A stretch of 64,000 bases of DNA from a virus (IMGVR_UViG_3300045970_000455:11866-75865), one strand, 5' to 3'; shown: positions 19,519 through 30,029, counted from the stretch's first letter. Notes: a model not told the origin generated them from the letters alone. A program made the numbers and translations.

Positions 19519-19956
19519 TTATAAACTCAATAGAACTGAATCAACTTGGCCCCATTGCCAGTTTTGCCATTGGGTGGTTGTATCGATTGCCTGTATATAA
19601 TCACGTGTAAGTACCGCACGTAGATATACAAAGTTTCCAATAAACGTTACTGCTGTAGATCCTGTGTCGCCACCGTTTGAACCAGTGGGGTCAAGTGCGT
19701 TTACGGGGAATGTTAGAAACTGAGTATTTGTTGCGCCGGTAGGATTTAAACTTATCCAAAACCAATCTTCTGGTTGAGGGACTAACGCCAGTGTTCCCTG
19801 TATTCCTACACCGCCAACAAGATTTTGATAAATCAGCTGAACTGTTGCCAATCCATCTGTATATCCATAGTATGCATTTCCGCGTATAGGATCGCCTACA
19901 ACATTCCATTTAGTGCCCGTGTTCGGCATCATATTTACACTTTTTCGAATTGCCAT
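19519..19956 (-). CDS. Conserved virion structural protein
   Basis: YYGYTDGLATV, IQGTLA..P...DWF, FIGNFVYLRA; late promoter at 19979-19986. Confidence 0.7.
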   Translation of the reverse strand: MAIRKSVNMMPNTGTKWNVVGDPIRGNAYYGYTDGLATVQLIYQNLVGGVGIQGTLALVPQPEDWFWISLNPTGATNTQFLTFPVNALDPTGSNGGDTGSTAVTFIGNFVYLRAVLTRDYIQAIDTTTQWQNWQWGQVDSVLLSL

Positions 19957-20032
19957 GTTAATCCTTCTGTATTTTAAGTATTTATCAAATAATAATCAGA
20001 TTTAATATGGTATGGAATACCTAAATACGAGC

Positions 20033-20060
20033 CAAAAATAAAGGGGCATAAGCCCCTTTA
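20033..20060 (-). terminator. Intrinsic terminator after clpA
   Basis: AAAGGGGC-TTAT-GCCCCTTT then ATTTTT. Confidence 0.85.
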
Positions 20061-22274
20061 TTAGTTTAGCATATCTATGTTTTCTTGTATGCGTTCAGAT
20101 ACGATAACAGATATATCATCGTCTACAACGGACACAACAACATGGCCGCCGTCTTTTAGTTTACCGAACAAGATTTCTTTCGATAGCGGTTTCTTGAGTT
20201 TTGTTTCAGCAAGCCTCTCAAACGGTCTTGCACCCATTAGTGGATCTAGTCCGTTTGTTGCTAACCAATCACGCGCCTCAGATGTTACGTTAATAGTGAT
20301 GTTTCTAGGTTCCAACATCAGCTCTGTCTTTTCTATCTCTGAGTTAACAATAAGCCGCATTTCAGGAAGGCCTAACTTGTTAAACTTAATAGTGGCATCT
20401 AACCTATTTCTAAACTCGGGTGTGAACAGTCTCTTTAACTCTACATCCACCGCACCACTGTTGTCTTGGTTACCAAAGCCTATGCGCTTTCTTTCTGCAT
20501 CTGCTGCACCTGCGTTGGCTGACATAATCAATATAACATTTGAAAAGTCTACCGTTTTACCTTTGCTTGACGTTAGCCTGCCCGCATCCATAACCTGCAA
20601 TAATACAGAGAATATATCGGGTGATGCTTTTTCTATTTCATCTAACAACAATACGCAGTTAGGATGAGCATCAATTTCTGCAATAAGTTGCCCTTCTCCC
20701 ATCTTACCTTCGCCGTGGCCTACATAACCGGGAGGCGCACCTATTAGTTTGGAAATAGTGTGTTTTTCCATGTATTCCGACATGTCAAACCGCACTAGCT
20801 TAACACCGAGCAGTTCTGCCAACTTCTGTGCTGCAAAAGTTTTACCGCTACCTGTTGGTCCCGTAAATAAGAAACTACCAATCGGCTTGACAGGGTTTCG
20901 TAAACCTGCTTTTGCCATGTAGATTGCTTCAGTTAATGCTTCGATTGCCGCATCCTGACCATACACCTTGTTCTTAAGTTTTGGTTCTAAGTTAGCAAGT
21001 TCGTCATTTGCCTTTATGTCAATCATATCTTCGGGCATGTGAGCAATCTTTGCTGCTTGCTTAAGAATATGCTGTAATGTTACGGTAGGAGATTCTTCTA
21101 ACTTAGCAACTGCACCAGCAGCATCCATAATATCGATTGCCTTATCTGGGAAGAACTTAGTTTTCAGATACCTATCTGCTAAATCTACACAAAGATCGGT
21201 GGTGCCTACGTCATACGAAATCTTGTGAAACTTCTCATAGTGTTTCTGTAATCCGCTCAGGATAAGTTTAGTTTCTGCAGCGGTGGGTTGATTAATGTCA
21301 TACTTCTGGAATCTACGCAGCAGAGCCTTGTCCTTTTCAAAGTGTTCATGAAACTCGTCGTACGTGGTTGCACCAACGCACATTAACTGCCCCTTGGCAA
21401 GCATAGGCTTTAGTAAGTTGCCGGCATCCATTGTGCCGCCACTACCTGCACCAGCGCCCAATATCATGTGAATCTCGTCGATAAACATAATACAGTTGCC
21501 TAGCTTTTTAACTTCTTCGAGCACACCTTTAAGTCGCTCTTCGAAATCACCTCTAAACTTAGTCCCTGCCAAAAGTGCGCCAATGTCTAAACTGTACACC
21601 ACTTTATCGTGCAATGCTTTTGGCACTTCTTTATTGACAATCTTTAATGCCAATCCTTCTGCAAGTGCTGTCTTACCTACACCTGGTTCACCCACATACA
21701 CAACATTGTTTTTCTTGCGTCTTGCTAAAATCTCAATCGTATCTGCTACTTCTTTTGCCCTGCCAATCACGGGATCGATTGTTCCGTCTGTAGCTTCTTT
21801 ATTTAAGTTCAGTGCGTATAGTGATAGCGGGCTTTCGTTTGCTGCTGGCTTGTCGCCTGTCTTTCTTAGATGTGCAATGATCTTTTCTCTTGTTACGCCG
21901 TGCTTTGCAAGAAAGTAATGAGAGTGACTTGTTTCTTCACTCAGAATGCTGAGTAAAACTGCTTCACTTGTTAGTTCTGTTCTGCCGCTAAACATTAACT
22001 GAGTTAATGCCCTTTGCATTGTGCGCTGAACAACACTTGTTCTTTTTGCAGGAACATCTTTCAGTGTGTCTGGCTTCTTAAGTGCAGGGTCACCTAAGAA
22101 TGTAATGACATCTGTTTTGATTTTTGCGGGCTGGGAACCAACTGCTACGATCAGTTCGTTTACATCTTTTTCGTGTAACAATGATAACAGAATGTGTTCC
22201 ACTGTTATATATTCGTGGTTGTTATCGTTAGCAATACCGACTGCACGCGAAAACATCTTATCTACTTTACTCAT
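20061..22274 (-). CDS. clpA: ATP-dependent Clp protease ATPase ClpA
   Basis: Clp N-domain, two AAA+ modules (GEPGVGKT, GPTGSGKT), KFRGDFEERL, GAPPGYVG, IGF loop; no M-domain. Confidence 0.95.
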   Translation of the reverse strand: MSKVDKMFSRAVGIANDNNHEYITVEHILLSLLHEKDVNELIVAVGSQPAKIKTDVITFLGDPALKKPDTLKDVPAKRTSVVQRTMQRALTQLMFSGRTELTSEAVLLSILSEETSHSHYFLAKHGVTREKIIAHLRKTGDKPAANESPLSLYALNLNKEATDGTIDPVIGRAKEVADTIEILARRKKNNVVYVGEPGVGKTALAEGLALKIVNKEVPKALHDKVVYSLDIGALLAGTKFRGDFEERLKGVLEEVKKLGNCIMFIDEIHMILGAGAGSGGTMDAGNLLKPMLAKGQLMCVGATTYDEFHEHFEKDKALLRRFQKYDINQPTAAETKLILSGLQKHYEKFHKISYDVGTTDLCVDLADRYLKTKFFPDKAIDIMDAAGAVAKLEESPTVTLQHILKQAAKIAHMPEDMIDIKANDELANLEPKLKNKVYGQDAAIEALTEAIYMAKAGLRNPVKPIGSFLFTGPTGSGKTFAAQKLAELLGVKLVRFDMSEYMEKHTISKLIGAPPGYVGHGEGKMGEGQLIAEIDAHPNCVLLLDEIEKASPDIFSVLLQVMDAGRLTSSKGKTVDFSNVILIMSANAGAADAERKRIGFGNQDNSGAVDVELKRLFTPEFRNRLDATIKFNKLGLPEMRLIVNSEIEKTELMLEPRNITINVTSEARDWLATNGLDPLMGARPFERLAETKLKKPLSKEILFGKLKDGGHVVVSVVDDDISVIVSERIQENIDMLN

Positions 22275-22281
22275 GATATCC

Positions 22282-23097
22282 TTAAATGTTAAATATATCT
22301 CTATGCGGCAATGTCTTTAATAATGCCAGCTGTTCTTCTTTAAGATCCCGCGGTGTTGTGATTGTAATCCGTATTAGCAAATCACCTAACCTATCTGTCT
22401 CGGGATTCTTCATACCTTTTCCAGCGAGTCTAACAATCTGTCCATTCTGAATACCCGCCGGTATAGTAAACTGTAGTATAGCACGATCTAAGTGTGTAAT
22501 CATAGCATTCACGCTCAGTATGGCCTCGATAGAACTTATCTCTACATCTACTAGTAAATCGTCGTTTGATCTCTTAAACTTAGTGTGAGGTTGAACCTCG
22601 ATAATATACAATGCCGAATCAATAACAAACTTCGTACCTGATCGAATACCTGCAGGTAGATTAATAGTTTGGTCTGACGGTAGTTTAATCTGTTTGCCAA
22701 CATACGCATCTTCTAAAGATATTGTTATTAAATGCCGCGGCTGTTGTCTTGGTTGATATTGATGCCCGAATATCTCACCGAATGGTGAATTTCCCCTAGA
22801 AAATATACTAGCGAATATGTCGTTGATATCCCCGGCAGGATTCACGCCTTGTGACCATTGCGGTTGTTGCGATGGGTCTTGGTGGCCGAACTGATCGTAG
22901 CGTGCTCTCTTTGCTGGATCGCTAAGACAATCATTGGCTTCATTGAGTTCTTTGAACTTTGCCTCTGCTGCTACTTTGGCATCACCTGTATGTCTATCAG
23001 GGTGATGTTGCATGGCTGATTTCCGATATGCTTTTTTTATATCATCGGCTGTGGCAGTCTTCTCTACGCCGAGGACTGCATAATAGTCTTGTTTCAT
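22282..23097 (-). CDS. dnaJ: DnaJ/CbpA-type co-chaperone (no Zn finger)
   Basis: J-domain DYYAVLGV...HHPDR, G/F region, C-terminal RLAGKGM..GDLLI. Confidence 0.92.
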   Translation of the reverse strand: MKQDYYAVLGVEKTATADDIKKAYRKSAMQHHPDRHTGDAKVAAEAKFKELNEANDCLSDPAKRARYDQFGHQDPSQQPQWSQGVNPAGDINDIFASIFSRGNSPFGEIFGHQYQPRQQPRHLITISLEDAYVGKQIKLPSDQTINLPAGIRSGTKFVIDSALYIIEVQPHTKFKRSNDDLLVDVEISSIEAILSVNAMITHLDRAILQFTIPAGIQNGQIVRLAGKGMKNPETDRLGDLLIRITITTPRDLKEEQLALLKTLPHRDIFNI

Positions 23098-23101
23098 TAT
23101 A

Positions 23102-23209
23102 TTACTTTTTTCCGTAAAAGAGTTTACACCAAAAGTGCTCTATCCACGAAAATATTACTACGAAGGGGAATATAAAGATTAGATAGAGTATATCTAACAG
23201 TATATTCAT
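23102..23209 (-). CDS. 35-aa single-TM peptide
   Basis: Hand translation [35 protein letters not shown]; TAATG overlap with infA; fills the gap to dnaJ. Confidence 0.55.
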   Translation of the reverse strand: MNILLDILYLIFIFPFVVIFSWIEHFWCKLFYGKK

Positions 23210-23424
23210 TAAAATCTGTAAATAATTCTACCGAGATTTAAGTCGTACACGCTCATCTCGACTTCAACCAAATCGTCTAGGATGATATGAATATTGTTCT
23301 TTCTAATCTTACCGCTAACTACAGCATTCATTGTATGCCCGCTGTCTAGCTTCACTTTAAATCTTGCGCCAGGGCTCGCATCAGTAACACGTCCTTTAAC
23401 AACAATAGTATCATCTTTAGCCAA
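23209..23424 (-). CDS. infA: Translation initiation factor IF-1
   Basis: MAKDDTI.VKG.V...P.ARFKVKLD.GH...A.VSGKIRKN.I.I...D.V.VEMS.YDL..GRIIYR; TTG start. Confidence 0.95.
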   Translation of the reverse strand: MAKDDTIVVKGRVTDASPGARFKVKLDSGHTMNAVVSGKIRKNNIHIILDDLVEVEMSVYDLNLGRIIYRF

Positions 23425-23428
23425 TTTA

Positions 23429-24187
23429 TTATCCTTTATATTTAATTTCTGTATCTCGAAGTAACATTATTGTTCCGTCGGATTGCCTACTTACACATAG
23501 AAAACTATCTATAGGTAGCACATCATAGTTCCCTAACATTCCATTAAGAATAGTTGCTTCGATAGGTTTATCAAATAACCTAAACGCCGATTCAGCCAAG
23601 AAGTTTCTATTTATAACTGCATCGTATTCACCGACATCAACTACCTCGGCAACCATTTGTCTACTACCTGTGCCTAGTATAACATTGTTGTTGTCAAAAG
23701 TCAAGTAAAGTAAATGTGAATCCTGTAAAAATTCAGAGATTTCTTCTTTCTTAGAGGTCTTCATAAATTCGTCCTTTGTTGTATAATCAGCCGGGTTAGA
23801 TGCCACAAAATCAAATAGCATAGGATCAGATAAATCAAACTCACGTGAGTCAGATAGATATGTCCTTACCTTCCACTTCAACTTTCCCGAAACATTTTCT
23901 ATGTCTTTTACAAGTGCTACAAACTTATCAGGAAATGTTTTATCTCTTTTTAGTTCCACAAATACAAGATAGTTACCGTCCTTGTCTGTGTTAGGACTTA
24001 CTTCGGCGTCGAGTATGTTAATGTAGCTTCGTTGAATAAAGGTGTTTAAATCTTCAGCAGGATCTTTATCTAACAAATAGAATGCCACAACAATAACATC
24101 TTCTTCTTTACCTGCCTTTGGTTCAAACTCATCTATAGACACCACGGGTAATATCATTTTTACCAAATCTTCGTTTTTTAAGCTCAT
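23429..24187 (-). CDS. Conserved jumbo-phage hypothetical protein
   Basis: SIDEFEPK.G.EEDVIVVAF...PAEDL..FI motif. Confidence 0.7.
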   Translation of the reverse strand: MSLKNEDLVKMILPVVSIDEFEPKAGKEEDVIVVAFYLLDKDPAEDLNTFIQRSYINILDAEVSPNTDKDGNYLVFVELKRDKTFPDKFVALVKDIENVSGKLKWKVRTYLSDSREFDLSDPMLFDFVASNPADYTTKDEFMKTSKKEEISEFLQDSHLLYLTFDNNNVILGTGSRQMVAEVVDVGEYDAVINRNFLAESAFRLFDKPIEATILNGMLGNYDVLPIDSFLCVSRQSDGTIMLLRDTEIKYKG

Positions 24188-24777
24188 ACACCGCCCTGCT
24201 GTTGTTCATCGCCTGGTTGGGCGGCCATATCGGGCGGTTGACCGCCCATATCGCCTGTACCGTCATCCACTGCTGCATTTGGATCTTCTGCAGGAACTTC
24301 ATCATATGCACCTGCTAACTCTTCATTTGTATCTTCTATATCTTGCTGAATAATGTCGTCTATATTTTCAAGGCCGCCCTTTATATACCGTATAGGCATG
24401 TCTATAGTAACAAGCCACACATCGTGGTCTGCCATCTTTGCTTTTTTAGATTGTATATCTGACCAATCTTCAGGACCACGCACCTTAACAGGTTTGCTGA
24501 ATGTGCCTTTTCTAAAGTTAACAAGAGCACCTAACTTTGTTAATCTTAGTCCTGCCTTTGGGTCAGGCATCATAGAATAAGGATACATAAACGTCACCTT
24601 AAACCAATACCTGCTAATGATAGGACCTTCAACTATTTCGCCTAGTATCCAGTTTTTATATGCAAATAACTCTGCATTATCTAACGTCCGTTCAAACTCA
24701 ATAAGCATATCAAGTATGCCTTCACCCTTGGATATTCCTACCAAAGTGGATTTTATTGTATCAAGATCTGTAGCCAT
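24184..24777 (-). CDS. Conserved jumbo-phage hypothetical protein (late)
   Basis: EFERTLD...YKNW..GE.VEGP..SRYW, MPDP; late promoter at 24796-24803. Confidence 0.7.
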   Translation of the reverse strand: MATDLDTIKSTLVGISKGEGILDMLIEFERTLDNAELFAYKNWILGEIVEGPIISRYWFKVTFMYPYSMMPDPKAGLRLTKLGALVNFRKGTFSKPVKVRGPEDWSDIQSKKAKMADHDVWLVTIDMPIRYIKGGLENIDDIIQQDIEDTNEELAGAYDEVPAEDPNAAVDDGTGDMGGQPPDMAAQPGDEQQQGGV

Positions 24778-24976
24778 TTCTGTCCTCGTTTTTAGTATTT
24801 ATCATATTTTATTCAGTTGCGTATTATTGTTGTTTTTATTTTTTATTTAGGAATTTGCATAAATACTATTACATGACATCAATACAAATTATAGATGCAT
24901 TTCACACTATCGATATTATTCTTATATCGATACTATCCGTTCGTTCTAAAATTATTAACTATTTGGAGTACTCACT

Positions 24977-25723
24977 TTGAGCAAAAATCGTAAAATGGCA
25001 AAAGTATCTCATCCGTCCCACACAACCTTTAAACCAGCAACAGAACATGTATCAAATGTTGTTAAACTAGGTAATAGAAATTATAAGAAAGCTGAACTAC
25101 TTCCACGCAATACAGCGCAGGAAGCATATGTAGAATCGTTGTTAGAAAAAAGAATGGTTTTTGCTGTTGGGCCTGCAGGAACAGGAAAAACTATGTTGGC
25201 GGTTATACGGGCAATACAGGCGTTAAGATCACACGAAATAAGCAGGATTATTCTTACACGCCCTGCTGTTAGTGTAGACGAAAAACACGGATTCCTGCCA
25301 GGCACACTAAACGAAAAAATGGAACCGTGGACAAGACCTATCTTTGATGTGTTTGAAGAGTATTATGGATTAATAGAAACTAAGGCAATGTTGGAAGATG
25401 GTACAATAGAGATTGCTCCTTTAGGTTTTATGAGAGGTAGGACATTTAAGGATGCTTATATTATTGCAGACGAAATGCAAAATGCAACACCAGATCAAAT
25501 GAAGATGTTGCTAACAAGAATAGGTACAGGAAGCAGCATGATACTAACGGGCGATCTTCACCAGCACGATCGCGGCTTTGATAAAAACGGGTTAAAGGAT
25601 TTTATTGATAGACTTGCGTTAAATAAGAAAAGCTCTATGTGCATATGTAAGTTTGGTAGAGAACACATTGAGAGAGATCCGCTGGTAGCAGATGTATTAG
25701 AAATATATGGAGAGTTAGACTAA
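24977..25723 (+). CDS. phoH: PhoH-family ATPase
   Basis: GPAGTGKT, LTRPAV, GFLPG, FMRGRTF, ADEMQN, TGDLHQHD. Confidence 0.96.
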   Translation: MSKNRKMAKVSHPSHTTFKPATEHVSNVVKLGNRNYKKAELLPRNTAQEAYVESLLEKRMVFAVGPAGTGKTMLAVIRAIQALRSHEISRIILTRPAVSVDEKHGFLPGTLNEKMEPWTRPIFDVFEEYYGLIETKAMLEDGTIEIAPLGFMRGRTFKDAYIIADEMQNATPDQMKMLLTRIGTGSSMILTGDLHQHDRGFDKNGLKDFIDRLALNKKSSMCICKFGREHIERDPLVADVLEIYGELD

Positions 25724-25789
25724 CTGCCTTCACCCTTAAGTATAAAATAAAATGATAAATATATAATATTTGTCATTAAGGGGATTTAA

Positions 25790-26095
25790 ATGAAATTAAG
25801 CGATATACTTAGGGGTGTAGCAGACAGAATGGACAGCGAGCCCTCTGCCGATGTATGCTCGGCTGTATCTCCTACCAATACTGCCGAACCTGAAGGAACA
25901 CCTACTGATAAGTTTCTTCCTCCACTGCAACTAAAACTAGAACTATTAAAAAAGGCATCTGGTGTAAAAAGTGTGTATGATGAAGAAAATGATGATCAAG
26001 AAGAATACAATAAAATGGTTCAAGAACTCAGAAAAAATGCTGGACTAAGTCCTATAATGAGTGAACTTCAAGATGACGATTTGTTAGATATATAA
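25790..26095 (+). CDS. Small acidic late protein, probably virion-associated
   Basis: MKLSDILR, PPLQLKLELLKK; GATAAATA at 25754-25761. Confidence 0.6.
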   Translation: MKLSDILRGVADRMDSEPSADVCSAVSPTNTAEPEGTPTDKFLPPLQLKLELLKKASGVKSVYDEENDDQEEYNKMVQELRKNAGLSPIMSELQDDDLLDI

Positions 26096-26098
26096 AAT

Positions 26099-28276
26099 AT
26101 GAGTTTTATACAGAAGTTATTTTCCAGTAGAGTTAATGGTGTAAGTTCCGCTGACTTCGTAGGACAAGAAGGCAGAGTTTGGTGGGATCCTATAACCAAT
26201 AGTTTCTATAGTGGCAATGGTGTCGCGGGCGGAACACCTATAGGTGGTGGAAGCGGAGTAGGAACAAGCGGCTATAGTGGCTACAGTGGAACAAACGGCA
26301 TAATAGGCGTTAATGGTTTAAGTGGTTATAGTGGCGTTAATGGTGCTGCAGGTACAAGTGGCTATAGTGGTACAAATGGCACAATAGGAACAAGCGGCTA
26401 TAGTGGTACAAATGGTGCTGCTGGAACAGCAGGAACAAGCGGCTATAGTGGTACAAATGGCATAATAGGTATAGATGGTTTAAGTGGTTATAGTGGTGTG
26501 AGTGGTGCCACAGGAACAAGCGGTTATAGCGGAATAAGTGGAGTGAGCGGGGTCTCGGCAAGCCCCTCATCGGGTAGCTTTACAACTGCTGTTTCCTTTT
26601 CTACAGTAGGCCCTATCTATATGCCTCAACAAAGTGTTTCTTCTGTGTTAACCTTTACGTTAGGTGCAGGAACTGTTCAAGGCTCTAGCACGTATGTAAG
26701 ATTAGTAGCAGATGGAGTAAATGCACCTGTATTTACGGGATACACTCAATGGGGTGGGTCAATGGGGTATGATAATCGAAACGGAATCGTCAACCAGATA
26801 ACATTTTGGTATGACGGGTACGATTATTGGTACTCAATAGGACAGGCATTAGGTGCGACACCTATTGTGTCTGTTATTCCTACTGTCAGTTCTATAACTG
26901 TTCAGAACTCAACTCCATCGTCCGTCGATATACTGTTCTCTGTTGCTATTGATACAGGTTTCATTCCTAGCTTATCAGCATTTACTGTGTCTGGAAAAAC
27001 TTTATCTGGTGTGCCTGTTATAAGTGGAAATACAGTAACGCTAACTGTCATTTCGGCATTCACTAGTGGCCAATCAGCAACAGCAGCATATACTCAGCCA
27101 GGAACTAATAACTTGCGTAGCACCACAGCAGGACTTGTGGCTAACTTCTCCGGAGTATCAGTTACAAATAACGTAGCGTCAGTGGCGTCTGCCGTTACAA
27201 TGACAGGTCCTACAACCGGTACAGTAAGCGTGGCATCTACCAACTTTACATTAGGTGTATCTCCAAATGGTGGAGCCATTGCAGGTACTGTTATAGTTAC
27301 ACCAAACGACAGTGCAGCAGGAGGAACATTTACTCCTACCTCTGTAAATCTTACAACTGGATCTCCTACAGGAACATTTACATATACTCCTGCAAGCACA
27401 GGTGCTAAAACTATAGCAGTTACTAATAACGGTGGATTGACAAATCCTGCTAATATTACATATACAGCAGGTGCCGCAACAACAGTTCCTGATGCACCAA
27501 CAATAGGTACAGCGACAGCTGGTGTAACATCCGCAACTGTAGCATTTACTGCACCAGTAAGTAATGGTGGAGCAACCATAACAGGATATACTGCTACTTC
27601 ATCTCCGGGCGGCTTCACAGGTACGTTGGCTCAGGCAGGATCAGGAACTATAACAGTTAATGGATTGACTGCTGGTACACCATATACATTTACAGTGACA
27701 GCAACAAACTCGGTAGGAACAGGATCGGCATCCGCAGCGTCTAACTCTGTGACGCCAACTAGTGCATCCTTCCCAAGATTCATTACATTAAGTAATATGA
27801 CTGAGTCTGGCACAGGCCCTTACACATATCAATCAACCAACTCTGGTGGATTTGGCACATCGGGCGGTATATTAAATCAGTCGTTCCAGACTGGTGTTGA
27901 TGGTACGGTAGATATTACCAATGTGGCTAGGGTTGAGTTTATATTTGGATTGCAGACAGGTACAGCGTCTGTTGGTGCATTTGGAACATATCCTGTTGCA
28001 CTTCACACTGCTACGGTTGGTGCCCCATATGCAGCATTTACAAGCGGGGTTGGCCAAACAGAGTTGACAACCACAACTAATCAAATAAATGATATTATGA
28101 GATTGCGTAGAGTAGGAACCACTGTGTTCGGTGAAGTTGCTCGTGCTGCTACACCTACCACGTGGATATCTATATACACATGGACAGGTGTGTCAACTTC
28201 TGCTATACATCCGGTAGTTAATGTATCCGGGTCAGTAGCTAATATTACTAACCCAACCACCTCCGGTCTTGCATAA
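26099..28276 (+). CDS. Virion appendage protein: G-X-S collagen-like stalk, Ig-like domains, fibronectin type III domain
   Basis: SGYSG repeats; VPDAPTIGTATAG...NGGATITGYTAT...YTFTVTATNSVG is FN3. Confidence 0.85.
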   Translation: MSFIQKLFSSRVNGVSSADFVGQEGRVWWDPITNSFYSGNGVAGGTPIGGGSGVGTSGYSGYSGTNGIIGVNGLSGYSGVNGAAGTSGYSGTNGTIGTSGYSGTNGAAGTAGTSGYSGTNGIIGIDGLSGYSGVSGATGTSGYSGISGVSGVSASPSSGSFTTAVSFSTVGPIYMPQQSVSSVLTFTLGAGTVQGSSTYVRLVADGVNAPVFTGYTQWGGSMGYDNRNGIVNQITFWYDGYDYWYSIGQALGATPIVSVIPTVSSITVQNSTPSSVDILFSVAIDTGFIPSLSAFTVSGKTLSGVPVISGNTVTLTVISAFTSGQSATAAYTQPGTNNLRSTTAGLVANFSGVSVTNNVASVASAVTMTGPTTGTVSVASTNFTLGVSPNGGAIAGTVIVTPNDSAAGGTFTPTSVNLTTGSPTGTFTYTPASTGAKTIAVTNNGGLTNPANITYTAGAATTVPDAPTIGTATAGVTSATVAFTAPVSNGGATITGYTATSSPGGFTGTLAQAGSGTITVNGLTAGTPYTFTVTATNSVGTGSASAASNSVTPTSASFPRFITLSNMTESGTGPYTYQSTNSGGFGTSGGILNQSFQTGVDGTVDITNVARVEFIFGLQTGTASVGAFGTYPVALHTATVGAPYAAFTSGVGQTELTTTTNQINDIMRLRRVGTTVFGEVARAATPTTWISIYTWTGVSTSAIHPVVNVSGSVANITNPTTSGLA
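26260..26560 (+). repeat. Coding tandem repeats (GTSGYSGTNG)n
   Basis: Recurrent GGAACAAGCGGCTATAGTGG(T/C)ACA units. Confidence 0.9.
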
Positions 28277-28938
28277 TGGGACCTATATTTAACACTCCCT
28301 ACACAGCGCAGTTTAGGGATGATAATGTTCATATAACGTTCGACGGTAATTCTATTGTAGACCCGTTGTATTCTACTTTATGCACCAGCCTAGAAGGTAT
28401 GCAACCTATCAATAAGAGATTAACTATATCAAACTTTGGACTGAGTGGCCAGACGACACAGAATATGAGTAGTTCTGCTTCTGATGTTGATAACTCGTTT
28501 GTTGCAGGGAAGACAAACTACCTGCTTATATTTGAGATTACAAATAGTATTTTCAACTCAGGAAAAACAGGATTAGCTGCATGTGCAGATATGGTAACAT
28601 ACATTTCTGGTAGATTGGCTGTACACCCTACCTGGAAACCTATAGTGCTAACTTGCATACCACGTGGGTCAAACTTAGGTGCAACATGGACTGCGGTAAC
28701 CGGCGAAGCTCAGCTACAGGCAGCAAATACATATATTCGTACCAACTATTTGGCAATGGGATGTGTAGCATATGTAGAGACTCGTAGAACTGGTGGTCCG
28801 TTTGATTTTACTGACTCATCTAATCTTGCTAACTTTCCTTCCACACTGTGGACTGACGCAACTCACCCTAACAGTGCAGGTAAGGCAATACTCGCTCAAT
28901 ATATTTCCGATGTGCTGAGATATCAGCCTACACCTTAA
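28276..28938 (+). CDS. SGNH/GDSL-family hydrolase
   Basis: FDGNS, GLSGQTT, EITNS, DATHP. Confidence 0.85.
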   Translation: MGPIFNTPYTAQFRDDNVHITFDGNSIVDPLYSTLCTSLEGMQPINKRLTISNFGLSGQTTQNMSSSASDVDNSFVAGKTNYLLIFEITNSIFNSGKTGLAACADMVTYISGRLAVHPTWKPIVLTCIPRGSNLGATWTAVTGEAQLQAANTYIRTNYLAMGCVAYVETRRTGGPFDFTDSSNLANFPSTLWTDATHPNSAGKAILAQYISDVLRYQPTP

Positions 28939-29184
28939 TCATTTATCTTTAGATAATGCCTGTATCTGTGCTTCCATTACGATAATGGTATCGGTCATTA
29001 GTTTCAGCGTTGCTGCAACCTTTGTTCTATATGCTGTATCGTCGGCTTCATGCACATATCTTGCATCAGAGAACATAATACCCGCTACAGTTAATACAAC
29101 GGTGCCGGCTAGGCCTGCTAATGTTTTCAACGGATTATCTTTTACTACCTGAACTGCCTTTGCTATATTTTCTGCTATACTCAT
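28939..29184 (-). CDS. Small single-TM protein
   Basis: Hydrophobic segment then coiled coil; ATGA overlap. Confidence 0.55.
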   Translation of the reverse strand: MSIAENIAKAVQVVKDNPLKTLAGLAGTVVLTVAGIMFSDARYVHEADDTAYRTKVAATLKLMTDTIIVMEAQIQALSKDK

Positions 29185-29429
29185 AGTTGTTTCGCCCATT
29201 TAATCTTGTTCCAAACTCTTTCGTGACACCAGTACACAAAGGGTTTAATAACCATCTCTGTAGCACCTATTGCTAAAGATATGGCAAACACTCCTGTTAC
29301 AAGATATGATATTATAACAGTAGTTAATGTACCACATACTCTATAACTGTATGCCTTAACTAGACTTCTTATCGGAGATTCTCCGTTGTTAAGCCCCCAA
29401 CTATTTATGAACTTTTGTATTAAACTCAT
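29181..29429 (-). CDS. DUF2061-like membrane protein
   Basis: RSLVKAYSYR...YWCHERVWNKIKW. Confidence 0.8.
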   Translation of the reverse strand: MSLIQKFINSWGLNNGESPIRSLVKAYSYRVCGTLTTVIISYLVTGVFAISLAIGATEMVIKPFVYWCHERVWNKIKWAKQL

Positions 29430-30028
29430 TCTTCTAGCCCGTATTCTGCAGATATAATACCGTATATTTCTTTCCACGGAGTAACGTGACTAACTGTAGG
29501 AAATGCAGAAGATGTATAATGAGAGTTATACGGATGATTTATAAGAATTGCTTTCATCCCTAGTTCATGGCCTGCTTCGGCATTATGTATATGATCTTCT
29601 ATCCAAAAGTATCCCGTATTTTGCCATTTCTCTAATGCACTCTTCTTATAAGATCCTATTTCTAAACAAATAATATCATCAAATATATCCCCAAATATGC
29701 GCGAAGCATTTACTAATCTATGTTCCTTAGCTTTAGGATTACTACTTATGCTTGTCACTACAGTAAATCTGAAACCTTTGCTTGCTAGTTTTTCTAGGTA
29801 TTCTACAGAATCTGCAAATGGCATAATATCTTCTATATGCCGGCTGTCGTTAAATTCTTTAACATACGCCATTGCTTGACTCACTGGTACGCCATGTCTC
29901 GACGAAATATTATAGTGATGATCTGTATCTACAAGTTGCGGATAACCTTTACTCTCCATAAAGATATTAAACCCACTGTTCCAGTCGGCTATGGTCCCGT
30001 CGTAGTCAAGTATTATTTTCTTTTCCAT
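29426..30028 (-). CDS. HAD-superfamily 5'(3')-nucleotidase-like phosphatase
   Basis: ILDYDGTIADW, VVTS, K, WIEDH. Confidence 0.85.
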   Translation of the reverse strand: MEKKIILDYDGTIADWNSGFNIFMESKGYPQLVDTDHHYNISSRHGVPVSQAMAYVKEFNDSRHIEDIMPFADSVEYLEKLASKGFRFTVVTSISSNPKAKEHRLVNASRIFGDIFDDIICLEIGSYKKSALEKWQNTGYFWIEDHIHNAEAGHELGMKAILINHPYNSHYTSSAFPTVSHVTPWKEIYGIISAEYGLEE

Positions 30029-30029
30029 T

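Noticed and set aside
26260-26560. Short direct repeats as a CRISPR array
   Set aside because: They are in-frame G-X-S coding repeats without unique spacers, and there are no cas genes.
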